Assembly: GCA_051942205.1 (NCBI GenBank)
Contig: JAVECO010000008.1
Span: forward strand, 62,001 to 126,000
Direction: 5' to 3'
DNA: 64,000 nt
Origin: Coniocarpon cinnabarinum
Lineage: Eukaryota
The position numbers and the translations under genes were made by a program. Below, piece after piece: positions 22,567 through 34,866 of the stretch (position 1 is its first letter; each line of letters opens with the position of its first letter). The notes beneath the pieces are model-generated. The model was not told where the DNA came from. It did not search any database and saw only the letters and a program-made list of their open reading frames with translations.

Positions 22567-23673
22567 ATGTTCTCGCGCGTCAGCCAAATTGCTCGTCACT
22601 TGTCCCGTCCGCGCCCTAATTTCGGGCACGCGTCTGCATCATTTCATCCTTCAATAGCAGCAAAATCCAACATCATGGCCAACGCGTCGCTCTCAGCTGA
22701 GCAGCGGAACAAAAAAACAATACATACGGCAGGATGCGTCATCATCGGTGATGAAGTGTTAGGCGGGAAAACGGCCGACACCAATTCGGCATATATGGCC
22801 AAATTTTGTTTCAAAATGGGCATGAGCCTGAAGCGAATAGAAGTCATTGGCGACGATGAGCAAGAGATCATCCAGACTGTGCGGAAGATGTCAGACAACT
22901 ACGACTTCGTCGTCACATCGGGTGGCATTGGCCCAACGTAAGTGCCAGACCTGCTGGGATCAGTGATGAGCGACGGCTTCATCGGCATGCAGCAAGCATC
23001 TGGCAGAAGTTGAGGCAACTGGCTGACGGGGATGTGCGAACTGAGCAGACACGACGACATCACCTACCAATCCATCGCAAAAGCATTCGACCTCCCCCTA
23101 GTCTTACACGAGACGGCTTTCGAGAAGATGAAAAGACTGTCGAAGCCACATCCCAGCCAGCCCAACTTCTCGTGGGACACACCCTCGCCCGCACTAGAGG
23201 CGAAGAAGCGAATGATCATCCTGCCAATCGACAAAACCCGAGACGAGGAGGACCAAGTGTTGTTCGTGGATGATGAACTGTGGGTCCCCATAAGCGTGGT
23301 CCACGGCAACATTCACATCCTTCCGGGCGTGCCGCGGCTATTTGAGAGGTTACTCGAAGGACTGAGACCGCACCTCTCGCCGCGTCTCAGCAATCCCGAA
23401 GGCGAGGGCGTGTACCGCATGTACTTTAGTACCCCCCTGGCTGAAAGCGCAGTGGCTGCCTATCTGACGGAACTGGCGGCAAAGGCGGAGCCGAAGGGGG
23501 TCAAAGTGGGCAGCTATCCTCGCTGGGGCAAGTCGAGGAACACGGTCACGTTGGTGGGACATGATAAGGATTTCATGGAGAGCCTGGTGCCGGAAGTCGA
23601 GAAGGGCGTCCAAGGTCGAAGAGTGGAAAAGGAGGGCGAGGACGACTCCTCCAGCAGTGACAAAGACACGTAG
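22567..23673 (+). CDS. Molybdopterin-binding/CinA-like domain protein (yeast FPY1/YMR178W-like FAD pyrophosphatase), 2 exons
   Basis: [29 protein letters not shown] (intron 22938-23048), [16 protein letters not shown]. Arg-rich, mitochondrial-targeting-like N-terminus. Confidence 0.88.
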
Positions 23674-25329
23674 AACGTAGGTGCGCCGACTGTACGACTG
23701 CGTCGATAGCGAAGCTGTGCCGAGCAGATGCCTCGGAGAAAGTGATGTACCAATGAGTGCGATATCGATGTGAATCAGTAGCGGCTGGGGAACTGTTTAT
23801 CAACGGGGCGGTCCTCGCGCATGTCTAAGGAGGACAGAAAGGTAGGGTAACATCCAGGCAAGTCATGGTGCAGCACCCCCACACAGAGCCATGAGACGTC
23901 CACGTGCACGGCATCTGCAGCCTCTGTGACGTTTTTCCTCCTGCGGCTTTTGGGCAACGGGCGAGGGTGCCCTTCGATCTTGGCGTGAAAGCAATTCCAA
24001 TTCTGCGTTGCAGTGCAGGCAGAGAGGTGACAACGCTGCTGTGCCGCAAAGGAGGCCCCACCGAGATGATGATGATGGCTCACCACAGGCCTGGCGCCAG
24101 GCACACGCGCTACAAGAGCCTCATCACAGGGGGGAGCTTTTCGCTGGAGCACGTCCCCGGCACTGAGCTGCAGTCGGAGACATTCAGTCGAGGAAGCACA
24201 TCAATACGCGGGCACGTGACTGCGGACCCAGACAGCGCGTCGACTTTCCGTGCAGCTGATTTGCCGATCATAAGGTGGAGACGAGTCATGGGGGCCGCCG
24301 CCGCCGCCGCGCAGTGGATAACCACGGGCGTGGTGACAAGCGTGCAGCAACATGATTGGGAGGGCCGAGGAAGAGTGCCGCCGGCGGGTCTGCTGCCCGT
24401 GGGAGGCCTCTTGGACGCGATGAGATGGCCGGGGAGCAGAGAGATGAGATGCTCGTGCGCAAGTCTCGACTCTATCGGTCTGTTGCCCCCTTGCATCGTT
24501 CTCGCTCTGCCGCCCTCGTCACGGCGACACGAGAACATTGGCAACGATCAGCGCGACTGGTCACCGACTTGGCCCACGAAGCTGCTAACGAATGGGACGG
24601 CGGAGGGTGGCCTTCGCAGACGCCATTCGCAGGTCGGCCAATGCAACGGACCAACGACCAAGGCACTCTATCGAATGCTCGAAAGAGTGAATTAATCGAC
24701 TGGTCAAGGGCATGTCTTGCCAGCATGCATTTGCTAGGGCACGAATGCTACTGTGCGCGAAAAAGCGCGCATACTGGCGTGCAAACGGGGCGCGCGGCCT
24801 CCTTGCATGCTATACATCATCTGCAGCCGGTCTGTTGCGGTGTGCCGCTGCATTTGGAGTATCGGAATCCGGTATTGATTGCATACATACCAGCGCCATG
24901 GGCACCGCGCCGCGAAGCGCACTATTGCAGATGTGGGCGCGTGGGGTGGTGGGTGCAGTGAGGGAAGGAAGGCAGCTGCATGGAGGGCGCGTTACCGGCG
25001 GCCCAATGCGACATGGCGACGACAGCTACCGACAGACGTGGCCATTGGACGGACGGGCAGGATTTGTATCTCGAGGCACGAATGAGCGGGCGGAGGGTGG
25101 AGCGGTGCAGTGCCGTCGAGATAGAGATGTGGGCACACCAAAAGGGAGGAATAGGAACATACACGGAGCGTACGGTACCATCACCCATGCCTCTGGAGAG
25201 AACTTGAAGTGGCAAGCGGCGCCAAGACAGGACAGGACCGATTTGGGACTAAGCACGCCCGAGCACTTCTGGCAGTTCAGTGCTCAGAGCTGCTCCTTCT
25301 GCTTCCAACCACCCAAAACTTTGCTGCTC

Positions 25330-25770
25330 TCCATCCACACCTGCACCCTCTCTCGTTCGGTCGTTTCTGCTCTGCACCCTCTCTGCGAGCGCGCCCTCTC
25401 TTTCTCCTCTACTCTGCATCCTTCGCTACGGCCTGCCTCTCTCGTCCGCCTCGTGCGTCTGACCTGTCCACCCCAGACCCGACTGCTCTGCTGCTTCGCT
25501 CTTTGCCTCTCCGTCCCTTCCCTTCCTTGCGCCTCATCCATCCCTTCACTCATTCCTCGCCCTTCCATCCCGTCTTTTCTCCGGCCGGATCTGTCCTCGC
25601 CTCCTCCGCCCGTCACTCTCCGCTATCCTACCTTACTCTCTAATGATCTAATCTTTGTCCTCATCTACCTTTTAACTCACATCTACTGCTGCGGCGCACG
25701 CGTGCTCGAGCGTCACCTTGAGGCATTTTCACTTCTCACTTGCCTTCTTCTCAATCACCTTCTCTCCGAT
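25330..25770 (+). promoter_or_regulatory. Long pyrimidine (CT)-rich tract upstream of RAS1 (core promoter/5' UTR)
   Basis: Visibly C/T-dominated plus strand (ctctct, tccct, cttcc runs) directly upstream of the RAS1 ATG. CT boxes are typical of fungal promoters. Confidence 0.5.
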
Positions 25771-25867
25771 CTCTGTGATTTCGGAGCTGGCTATTTGCTT
25801 CACACCTAATCTTACGGGGAGATTCCGAGGCACGTGCGGCGCGTCTTGATACTTTCTACAGGTTGCG

Positions 25868-26679
25868 ATGGCGACCAAGGTTCGTTACGAGCGTGCTGCC
25901 ACCATGGAGCTTTCGGAGTCAGCAGCTGACACGGACTCTGTTCAGTTCCTGCGCGAGTATAAGCTTGTCGTTGTCGGTGGCGGAGGTGTGGGCAAGTCAT
26001 GTCTCACCATCCAATTGATACAAAGTCATTTTGTGGACGAGTACGATCCAACCATTGAGGGTATGGAAGCCCATCGCGAGATCTGTCTACAACATCGATT
26101 TCGCTGACCTTCCTAAGACTCATATCGAAAACAATGCGAGATCGACAACGAAACTGCCCTTCTCGATGTACTAGATACAGCTGGCCAAGAAGAATATTCG
26201 GCGATGCGAGAGCAGTACATGCGGACGGGTGAAGGCTTCCTACTGGTGTATTCAATCACGTCGAGGGAATCCTTCGAAGAAGTGTTACAGTTTCAACAAC
26301 AAATATTGCGCGTCAAAGATAAAGACTACTTCCCAATCATCCTCGTCGGAAACAAGTGCGACTTGGAAAGCGAACGGAAAGTCCCGTATGAACGTATGCT
26401 GCGCCCTGCCCTGGCGAATTTCCCATTACGCGCTTACTGAATATATTTGCAGAGGGTGAACAAGCAGCCAAGGATTTCAGATGCCCGTTCATCGAGACGT
26501 CAGCCAAATCTCGGCAGAACGTTGAGAGAGCATTCTATGACACTGTTCGCGAGATCCGACGATTCAACCGTGACATGGGCCAGCCTGCACAAAATGGCGT
26601 CGGCAAGCCACCAGTGGAGATAGGCCTCGATGACACGGAGGATAAAAAGACTTGCGGTTGTGGCTGTTCGGTGATGTGA
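25868..26679 (+). CDS. RAS1: Ras GTPase (Ras1/RasA), 4 exons
   Basis: [49 protein letters not shown]-terminal [12 protein letters not shown] box. Confidence 0.97.
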
Positions 26680-28917
26680 AATCACGATTGGGGTTTCATG
26701 GCATTGGGGACGGTGTTCAAGGAGCGTGAACCTTTTTCAGAACATCATTCGCTTGGCGCATGCATCGGGAACACGGCGCCCAAGGGATCTTTCAAAAGCA
26801 CAAATACCCACACGCCGTTGAGTAACTTCGCGAGAGCGCCAGCGTCTTGCAGGTCGGGATGGCATAACTGCCTACTTCGTGAGCTCTGCAGGCTCGCGCT
26901 GAATGCTTTCGCATGTCTGGCAAATAGTTCGGAAACCAGATCGACTTACAATACCGCTTGCTCCCCGTCTTTTCCAGCACGCGAGCTTCCCTGTCCGTAT
27001 CTGCGCGCTGAAAACGGGCACGCGCCCCAGTGCCTCTACCCTGCTCGCCACAAATGCCTCTTAATCTCACCACGACCGCGCTCCCACTCTGTGCCTCCTT
27101 GCTTCTGCTACCAACTCGTTTCTCAACAAATCCCTCAGCAGGGCCGCATCGCCGCGCCAGCCAGGGCGTCATGAATCAGTCGCGATGAACTAGGCTCGAG
27201 TGCGCTATCAACACATCGCACCCTCGCGCCAACAGAGCGGCATGCACATGCGGCCAGCGCACATCACACCCACCCCCCACACCATCGCAGGCATCTCTCG
27301 ATCGACGCCGTTGCCCGTCATCTTGGGGCTCCGTCCAGCATGGATCGCACGCCGTGCGACCTTCTGCAATGGGTCCTGTTATGTCCAGTTCCAAACGGCT
27401 TCTCTTGCAGGGCTCGGTACTTGAGCCATGTGCTCGCCACGGCCTGCGCATTGACGTACCTTCCCCATCGGTGCAGGCGTCGTCGGCACCCTGCCATTCC
27501 CAGCCTGTCATCTCACCCTGCAATCTCCCCGAAATTTTTATGTTTCAGACAGCTATAACGGATGCAGCATCTTCCGTCCGTCACCAGCGCTCTTTCAGGC
27601 CACCGCCACGCTTCGAGAAAACCCAGGCACGGCTTTGCTGCTCGAAGGGATAAATGTCAACACTCGCGGGCTACAGGCTCCACCAATGCATCGCGATGCC
27701 TGGCCAGCACGACGCGGCTGGCGACATGGCTGCCACGGCCGCGCTCAGCACTGACAGCGGAAGCGGGCGGACTTGCGGTCGCTTCCGTCCTCATGGGTCG
27801 CGAGATGACTCGTGCTCCCTGCGATTGCTCCTTTAGCGAAGGCATCGTCGACGGAGCCTGGTCATCTCCTTGTCTTGGCTAATCTTGCTCTGCTTTCCTC
27901 TGCCGGTGATTACGGGTGAGGCATGAGCTAAGGCTGTGATGCTGACCTCCTGAGTGCGTCTCTTGTGTTAGCATGCCGGAGTTGACATGATTGGAGTCTT
28001 GTCATCAGGGCAGTCCTCGGCAACAATAGGTTTGACGCACCTGCTGGCTTATCTTTGGGCGAAACGGGTTCAGAGTTGGCCTCACTCGCTATGGTATTTG
28101 CTCCTGCTTTGATGGTAAAGACTATGCGACTTACTGCTTCGTTTCATCCACACGAGACGTCCGATCCCGGAGTTTTTCTTTACTCTAAACGATGCATCTT
28201 GCAACCAGGCACTGAGCAGAGACTGTTGTCTTAGAGGCCCCTTCGCTACGAAGCTCCACGGCTTGCTCACATTTGCCCAGCTCTCAGCGTTTCAGCCATC
28301 ACTATGACGTTTCGAAGGGTCACCCAGTTGTCTTTCTCACAAGCCACACTTTAGGCTGGAAGTCCCCTTTCGCTTGTGCCGTTAATCTCAAGGTCATCAC
28401 TCATGCAAGAGCAGGGTTGACGAGAGTGAAACATGATTGTTCTTCTCCTCGCAATACTTCCAATTCAGCAATTTGCGTTCAAATCAAAGGTCGTTCCGTG
28501 GATCTTTCTTTCCATCGGACGCTTAAGCGGCTCTGCAAGGTCAGTCATCCAGCTCGTCTTCTTCGGAGCTTCACGCGCTGCTATCAGAGTCTGAAGATCG
28601 TTCTTCCCAACGTAGTACTCTTTGCTTACTTCAACATTTGTGTATTGCACATAGAGTGACATCAGTACTATGTTAAGTTTATCTCACGCTGATGCCTTAC
28701 CACTATAAAATGTGTTCATCATCCATCAGCTTCGCATTTCTAAACCTTTTGTGGTACGTTGACCAGACACTGGACAATCTCACTCGCGACTTCCTATCTT
28801 GCGCTGAACATATTTATCGCTCGCTATTCCATGTTAGCATTATCATTACTATTATTGTTATTCCCATGTATTGGTGCATCGGTACAATATCATCACCTGC
28901 CTCCAAATCGCTTGCGG

Positions 28918-30090
28918 ATGGCTGCATCATCAACAGATGTTCCCAGGCAAAGCGATCATTTGCTTTCCACCTCAGGATCCGATCAAGGAAGGGTTCGGCT
29001 TTGCGATTTGGACGTGCGCACCTTCAGACTCATCCTTGGTTTCGTGATGCGGACCGACGGACTTGCCCTGGGTCTTACCTGCAAGGCCGTCGCCAGGCTG
29101 GTACTGCCACTCATCCACCCGATTAATACATTCCCACTGTACGATGTCACACGCGTGCATCCCCAGCGTGGTTGTGGTTACGGTAAGAAGTGGAAAGGAG
29201 ATCAGGACCATTGGGAGCCTCCGACCGTGGAGAACTATCAGGCTTTCGCTCGCGAAATTGACTTTCTTGTCATACGTTCCCTCGTCAATGCAAAGTACCA
29301 GTTCCGGACGGTGCTGTCCGCTGGGCCTGAGCACTTGGAAGGCTTGCGGAGGATAAATGATCGCACTTGGGCCAACGTTGGAATATGGCTAGACAGCCGT
29401 CGACATGCAGAGCCCGTCTCACGTTTCGTGCCCCAGTGTCAAAGCGAGAGCGTCAACACCGAGCAACGGCAGCCGTGGAGCCCGGCACCACAAAGGCCCA
29501 TTCCCTCAGTTCAAAAACAGCTCCTTCTGTTAGGTCTGACCCTCGTTTACTGTCCTTGGCTCATCCTGGGCGCTTCGACTGTGCGATTCTGCATCGGCTG
29601 TCAGGGCACGCTCCCCTCTTGGCCACCCGACTTGCCGATGGAGCAGCGGCTCGGTATTAGCCCTATGGATGCGGTTGAGCGGTATCTGGTTTGCGATCGT
29701 TATCCGGGATGCTACAAACCTCGTGAGGAAGCCTCGAGCAAGACATTGATTAATATTTTTCAGGAGGGATTCGTCCCTGATTTTGGAGTGGAAGCTGGCC
29801 GGGCATACTGGGAAGCTCAGAGAAGAATGAAATCATTTCTCTACTACCACAGTGCAGCAAATATCCTGCTTAGTATGAGGGAGGCGCCTGTTCCTCCCTC
29901 GACGGAACCCATCCAGTGTAATGCCACCCTCTCAAATGTACCTAGTGACTTTGCTAATGGTAACACGCAGAGCAGCGTACGTTTGGGAATTATTGACTTT
30001 CAACAAGTCCTTACGCAATCCCTCGGCTTCTCAGACCCCTTCTCCGAGCATTATCCCTATCCTGCCTTTACGTATTTCGACACTTCTTGA
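28918..30090 (+). CDS. Hypothetical protein with a degenerate N-terminal F-box-like motif
   Basis: Long open frame. LCDLDVRTFRLILGFV..LALGLTCKAVARLV resembles the F-box pattern L..LP.E....I......L.LTCK. Later RFCIGC cysteine motif. Confidence 0.55.
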   Translation: MAASSTDVPRQSDHLLSTSGSDQGRVRLCDLDVRTFRLILGFVMRTDGLALGLTCKAVARLVLPLIHPINTFPLYDVTRVHPQRGCGYGKKWKGDQDHWEPPTVENYQAFAREIDFLVIRSLVNAKYQFRTVLSAGPEHLEGLRRINDRTWANVGIWLDSRRHAEPVSRFVPQCQSESVNTEQRQPWSPAPQRPIPSVQKQLLLLGLTLVYCPWLILGASTVRFCIGCQGTLPSWPPDLPMEQRLGISPMDAVERYLVCDRYPGCYKPREEASSKTLINIFQEGFVPDFGVEAGRAYWEAQRRMKSFLYYHSAANILLSMREAPVPPSTEPIQCNATLSNVPSDFANGNTQSSVRLGIIDFQQVLTQSLGFSDPFSEHYPYPAFTYFDTS

Positions 30091-31357
30091 TTTTGTTTAC
30101 TTCCACACTCCCCCAGGTCTACTAATCTTTCGGGTGCAACACATCACAGCGCAGTAGAGTCTGAGCCTCGTCCTCCGGCGACGAGATTTGAAACTACTCT
30201 AACCGTCTACAGTTGTCATGAAGCCACTCAAACGACACGCACTTTTCTCAACGGAGGACCCCTAGAGTGTTCCTGTTCAACAAGGGACATTCTGGAGAAT
30301 CTTGTTTGCATCATTGGCTTGTCATCTTCCCCATCAGGTCTTCAGAAAGAGTTTTGTTCAAGCATGTTGGTGCTCAGGTTGGGTGACTTCAAAGGCTGGG
30401 CTCAGCGTGTCTTTCTGTCCCCTCCATAACACAATGAATCATCATACCCTTGTCCCAATAAGAGCCCAAGGGCATCTTATTTGTGAAGGTCCATGGAAGA
30501 TGTATGCGATCATTGGGTTTATGACGTCGCATCTTCCTTTTCAGTGTCGTTTGCATCGCAGCTTCAATAACACCCGCTGTCACGCTATCGAAAATACAAG
30601 CAATAAATGCTAATAATAACGCAAACGCAGAGAATAGGTCATTCAGAAAGGTGGCTTGTGGTGCGACAGTGATCAAAAGTGGCAAGTCCTCTACCTTCGT
30701 TATGCCCCACCCATTGACTGCTAGTCTCACAGCAAACCTCTTATGTCTACTTTCACCGGCTTACTACCGAACCAACTATCAATGGTCGATTGCCAAAGGG
30801 GTCTCGTCTGCCATGCTAGAACCACAAATGCCACACACTCGAGGCTGCCGTTTGAAGCTTTCAATGCAAGGAGGTTAGCAAAGATGGTACGGCCCACAGA
30901 GCGATCGCGATACATACACAATCGCTTGACCCGCCAGCACCCAGCTGTCGAAGACAAGCACGATGAGCGGCTTAGCCATGCAGTTCTGGATCGACAGCAG
31001 AGCTATTGCTCCAGAGACTCAGACACGGTGTGAGTACTCTCCTACGTAAGTGCCATTCTCGTATTTCAGCATCCTTTCCCTGAGCTTTCCTGCCATCGGG
31101 CTTTCCTACCTTGGCTGTAGTGTCTCTTCTCTCACAAAGCTGCCAACGAAGACTCGTTATGCCAGAACCTTTTCGCTTCTAGGAAAGCTGCTATCAAGGT
31201 TTGCTATAGCGGGAGGGATGCTTGGATCTCTCCAAGCGTAGCCTCAAAAATGGTAAAGGTAAGAAAGAATTAGTAATGGTGCTAATGGTTTCGTTCTTGC
31301 TCTGTCAACTTCTCTATAGAAAAGTTTTGGAGATGGTCCACGTTGGAACCTCACGTC

Positions 31358-32743
31358 TCATCGGCTAAACGTCCACAATTTCAAATAAGCATCTCCATTC
31401 GGTGGCTCGCTCTCAAGAGCATCGCTACTCGACGAACTCAATGTTGAGACACTCGATACCGCGCTACTATCAGATGACAAATCGTCTGCGCGTTCTGTAT
31501 CCTCATCACTGCTCTTTTCACGTCGCACGTTGACTTCACGCTGAGTATCCAGTTTCGAGCCAGATCCAGTCGCCATCGGACCCCCCCATGAGGGAAAAGC
31601 CAGACAACCCACAACGTTCTCGCTAAACTTCCAAGTGTCGTCCGCCTCCACACGCTCGCCCTTTCTCGCCGCATCGTTCCAGACTCGGACACAGCCGTCC
31701 GTTCCACCAGCTAGCACGGTCGATCCAACGACGTCAAATTCCATGCATTGATTTGTCATGGCTCTTCTTCCGATGCAAGCTGCGATGCAGCGCCTTGCGT
31801 TGCGTACGTCGTAGATTAGGATCCCGTTGCTTTTCCGCTCGGCCACATAAATATATGTGCCGCAGAGACTCCACTTCAGAGTCATGACCCCGTCGCCTGC
31901 AATGTCGTAGGCCTCGGCGTCTGGACGTACGGAGAAGGACGTGAAAGCCTTCTCTCGCCCCGCCCTTGGCAAGAGACCAACGTCGCCCATGATCGTGCCC
32001 ACCGCGAGCACACTACTCGTGCTCTCCTCCCCTTCGGCTGGCGCAAGGGACAGTGCGCTCACTTGACCCAACGGTCCCGAGAAGACGTACTTCCCCCGGT
32101 ACTTCCTGCCCGGTGCAGTTTTCACGACCACCACAGGATCAGCAGGACGGTTCAAATCGAACGTCGCGAGGAGATTTTGACCGCCTGCCACGAATGTGGT
32201 TGGAGATGTGAAGATGACGCTTCTAGGCGTGATGAGGTCATCCTGCTCAGGCTTGCGGAAGCAGAAAGCATGACTGCTGCTGTTGATGTGACTCTCCTTT
32301 GATGATGAAGGGTTGGACAAGTCAATGAGCTGCATCGGGTGGTCGCGGAGAGCTAGAAGAGTAAGGGCAGCATTGGGGTAGTGCAGGGAAAATTGGGGAT
32401 GAGGAGTGTACGCCCACGGTGAAGTTGGGAGGGTATAAGAGAAGGTGGGCGTGAGTGGCTGAGGAGAGGGTAGCACGTTGGTATTCGATGAATCTTCTGG
32501 ATTGACGAAAAGGGACTCTGGGCTGAATCAGCTCGTATGGATGGTTTCATTCATATATAGATCTAGCGAGATTCCGTACACTGCGTAGGTTGAGAGCGTC
32601 TGGTTACCGGCTTCCACGAGCAGCGCCGAACCATCGTCTGTCCATTGCACGCTTTTGTAGTATTCGGCCTTTTTTCCAGCTTCTGGTGTCGTTGAGGCGA
32701 TGCAGTGAGGTTGTGGCGGTTCGTGTAGATCCGACTTGTCCAT
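31358..32743 (-). CDS. WD40 protein of the Swt21/TCAB1 (WRAP53) family, 2 exons
   Basis: YYKSVQWTDDGSALL, LALRDHPMQL, LKWSLCGTYIYVAERKS..YDVR and TNQCMEFD motifs. An intron (GTACGG..GCTGATTCAG) joins the two ORFs. Confidence 0.8.
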
Positions 32744-33096
32744 TTGTACTCTCTTTTGAGAATGTATCGAGATGGTTTAAGTGTACTAAAAGCCGATTAC
32801 GGCGCATCGTGATATTGCATGATGTCCTTTTTGAAGCCCAGAACGTTGAGATAGTATCTACGCCTCTGCGATGCGTTTGTATATATTGAGCTACAGGTTG
32901 CCTGACAAAACAGGTGTCATGGTATTCACCAAACAACAGGGGTAAATGACTCGTGCAGAGGTCAGTGCTCCGTCGCGAAGCTTCTCGTCCTCATCTTTTC
33001 AAGCTTCATCTGCATCACCTCGGTACACTCCAGCGCAAGCAACACAGGCATACCCAACAAGCTTCTGTGTCCTCTCCTGTCAAGTAGTCTTTCACC

Positions 33097-34111
33097 ATGG
33101 TATGAGAACCTCTCCTCACCGCACCAGTCGCATCCTCTCACCCATTGCACCAATGACCTCTCCCACCTTTCCAACCTGTTCCCGTCAAAACGAACGTCCA
33201 TTCGCATCTCTAAGCTCCAAACATCATCTCAATCATCTTCTCTTCCCCGTCAAACCTCATCAAAGACTAACAAAAACCCAGTCCACCGCCATCAAATCCA
33301 TCAAATCCGTAGTCCCCCTCCTCGACCGCATCCTCATCCAACGCCTCAAGGCCGAAGCCAAGACGACCGGCGGCATTCTGCTGCCGGAGTCCGCGCAGAA
33401 GGAGTTAAATGAGGGACGGGTCCTCGCGGTGGGACCGGGCGCCGTCGACAGGGAGGGGAAGAGGTTGCCTATCAGCGTGGGGGTGGGGGATCGGGTTTTG
33501 ATACCGACGGTGAGTTTTTCTTTTCGTGGTTTTGTGATGTTTGGCTTGATGTCGGCGCGGGTGCGGGTGAGACGTGAGAGGAGATGTGTCGAGGAAGGGA
33601 AAAAGTGGAAGGACACAAAGCCCGCGAGTGTGAGAGACCGGGGACGGGATGGAGGATGCGATGGGCGAGGTGCGAAATAAGTCGAGGCGCTGAGAGCCGT
33701 CGGAAAACAAGAGGAAGTCCGTCCATGAAGGAAGACGAGAATCAAGCGCGGATTGGTCTGAACGTGCGCCAGACGCACAGGAGCCACGCACACACAACGG
33801 CCATTGCATGCCCATCAAGAACAAGCACCACAAGCATTCGAAGAGCAGAGAACAACGCAACGGAAAGACGCGTGCGATAACAAGTCACAATCACTAACAC
33901 ATCTCCAGTTCGGCGGCCAAGCCATCAAAGTCGGCGAAGAAGACTTTTCCCTCTTCCGAGACCACGAGTATGTCCAGTCACCTTTCATTCCCTCAATAAT
34001 CCTCAATCCACCCACCTCTACTGCACCACTCCAGCATTCCCAAGTCATCGTCGTTTTCATGGGATCCTTGAGCTGACACTGCACAGCATCCTCGCCAAAG
34101 TCAGCGAGTAA
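33097..34111 (+). CDS. HSP10: Mitochondrial 10-kDa chaperonin (GroES family), 4 exons
   Basis: ATG-only first exon, then PLLDRILIQR..KTTGGILLPE..GRVLAVGPG..GDRVLIP|FGGQAIKVGEEDFSLFRDHD|ILAKVSE. Introns 33100-33281, 33510-33908, ~33968-34086. Confidence 0.95.
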
Positions 34112-34866
34112 GACGCTATCCAAAGTGTTCACTTCGAGGCCGCAGTGATGGGTGATTCCTCGTGAAGGCGAGGTGGAGCAAGATGGGGAACAGAAAACAG
34201 TGCGGAGGTGTGCTGGTGGTGACGTCTCAAGGCATTTGCGAGCGTTCAGCCCATTGTAATTTCAGATGTGTTGTTTTAGTGTGAATATCTCGACTCTTCC
34301 GACCATTCGTCTACGAATTTTCATCCATCATGCATGCAAGCATCTCTCAATGACGAGCACTACGCCGATGACGAAACGTCAATGAAGCGCTCCGCTTGTT
34401 TTTCTTGACCTTTCGAACCTGCTTTATGATTTCTCGGCACTCACCTCATAGCTCGTGATATACTCTCTATGCCACGAGTCGCAGCGCATGAGCGTATCGA
34501 CAGGTATCAGCACACGCACATTAGATGTAATGTTACTGAAGAGACAAGAGAAGGAACAACGTGGGATGCCAAATGAAGTATATTCAACGTATCTTCGTAA
34601 ATCAGAGTCAACGCCGTCCGCCATGCCTTAAAATGAAGGGACATGCCTCGAAACGCCCGACTTTTGTGGGCAAAATCTGTAGACGAAACCTCCTTCTGCT
34701 CGGCGACTTTCACTCCTCTCACACGCCAGGAGCTGCACATCTTTCCTTTGTCACCAATTGTCATGGATGCCGCTGCGATGATATCCAACTTGGCAACCAA
34801 TCACACGGATGCCTCCATCACACCTAATGTATACCAGCCAAAGCCACGTCCAATCACCAGCCCACT

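Noticed and set aside
23775..25809. Long overlapping ORFs (263, 201 and 365 aa) upstream of RAS1
   Set aside because: GC-rich or CT-rich low-complexity translations with no protein motifs. Better explained as RAS1 promoter/5' UTR.
26698..28660. Multiple short ORFs downstream of RAS1
   Set aside because: No recognisable domains or consistent exon structure.
33720..33765. ATGAAG..CTGA C/D-box-like pair in HSP10 intron 2
   Set aside because: Imperfect C box and spacing too short for a C/D snoRNA.
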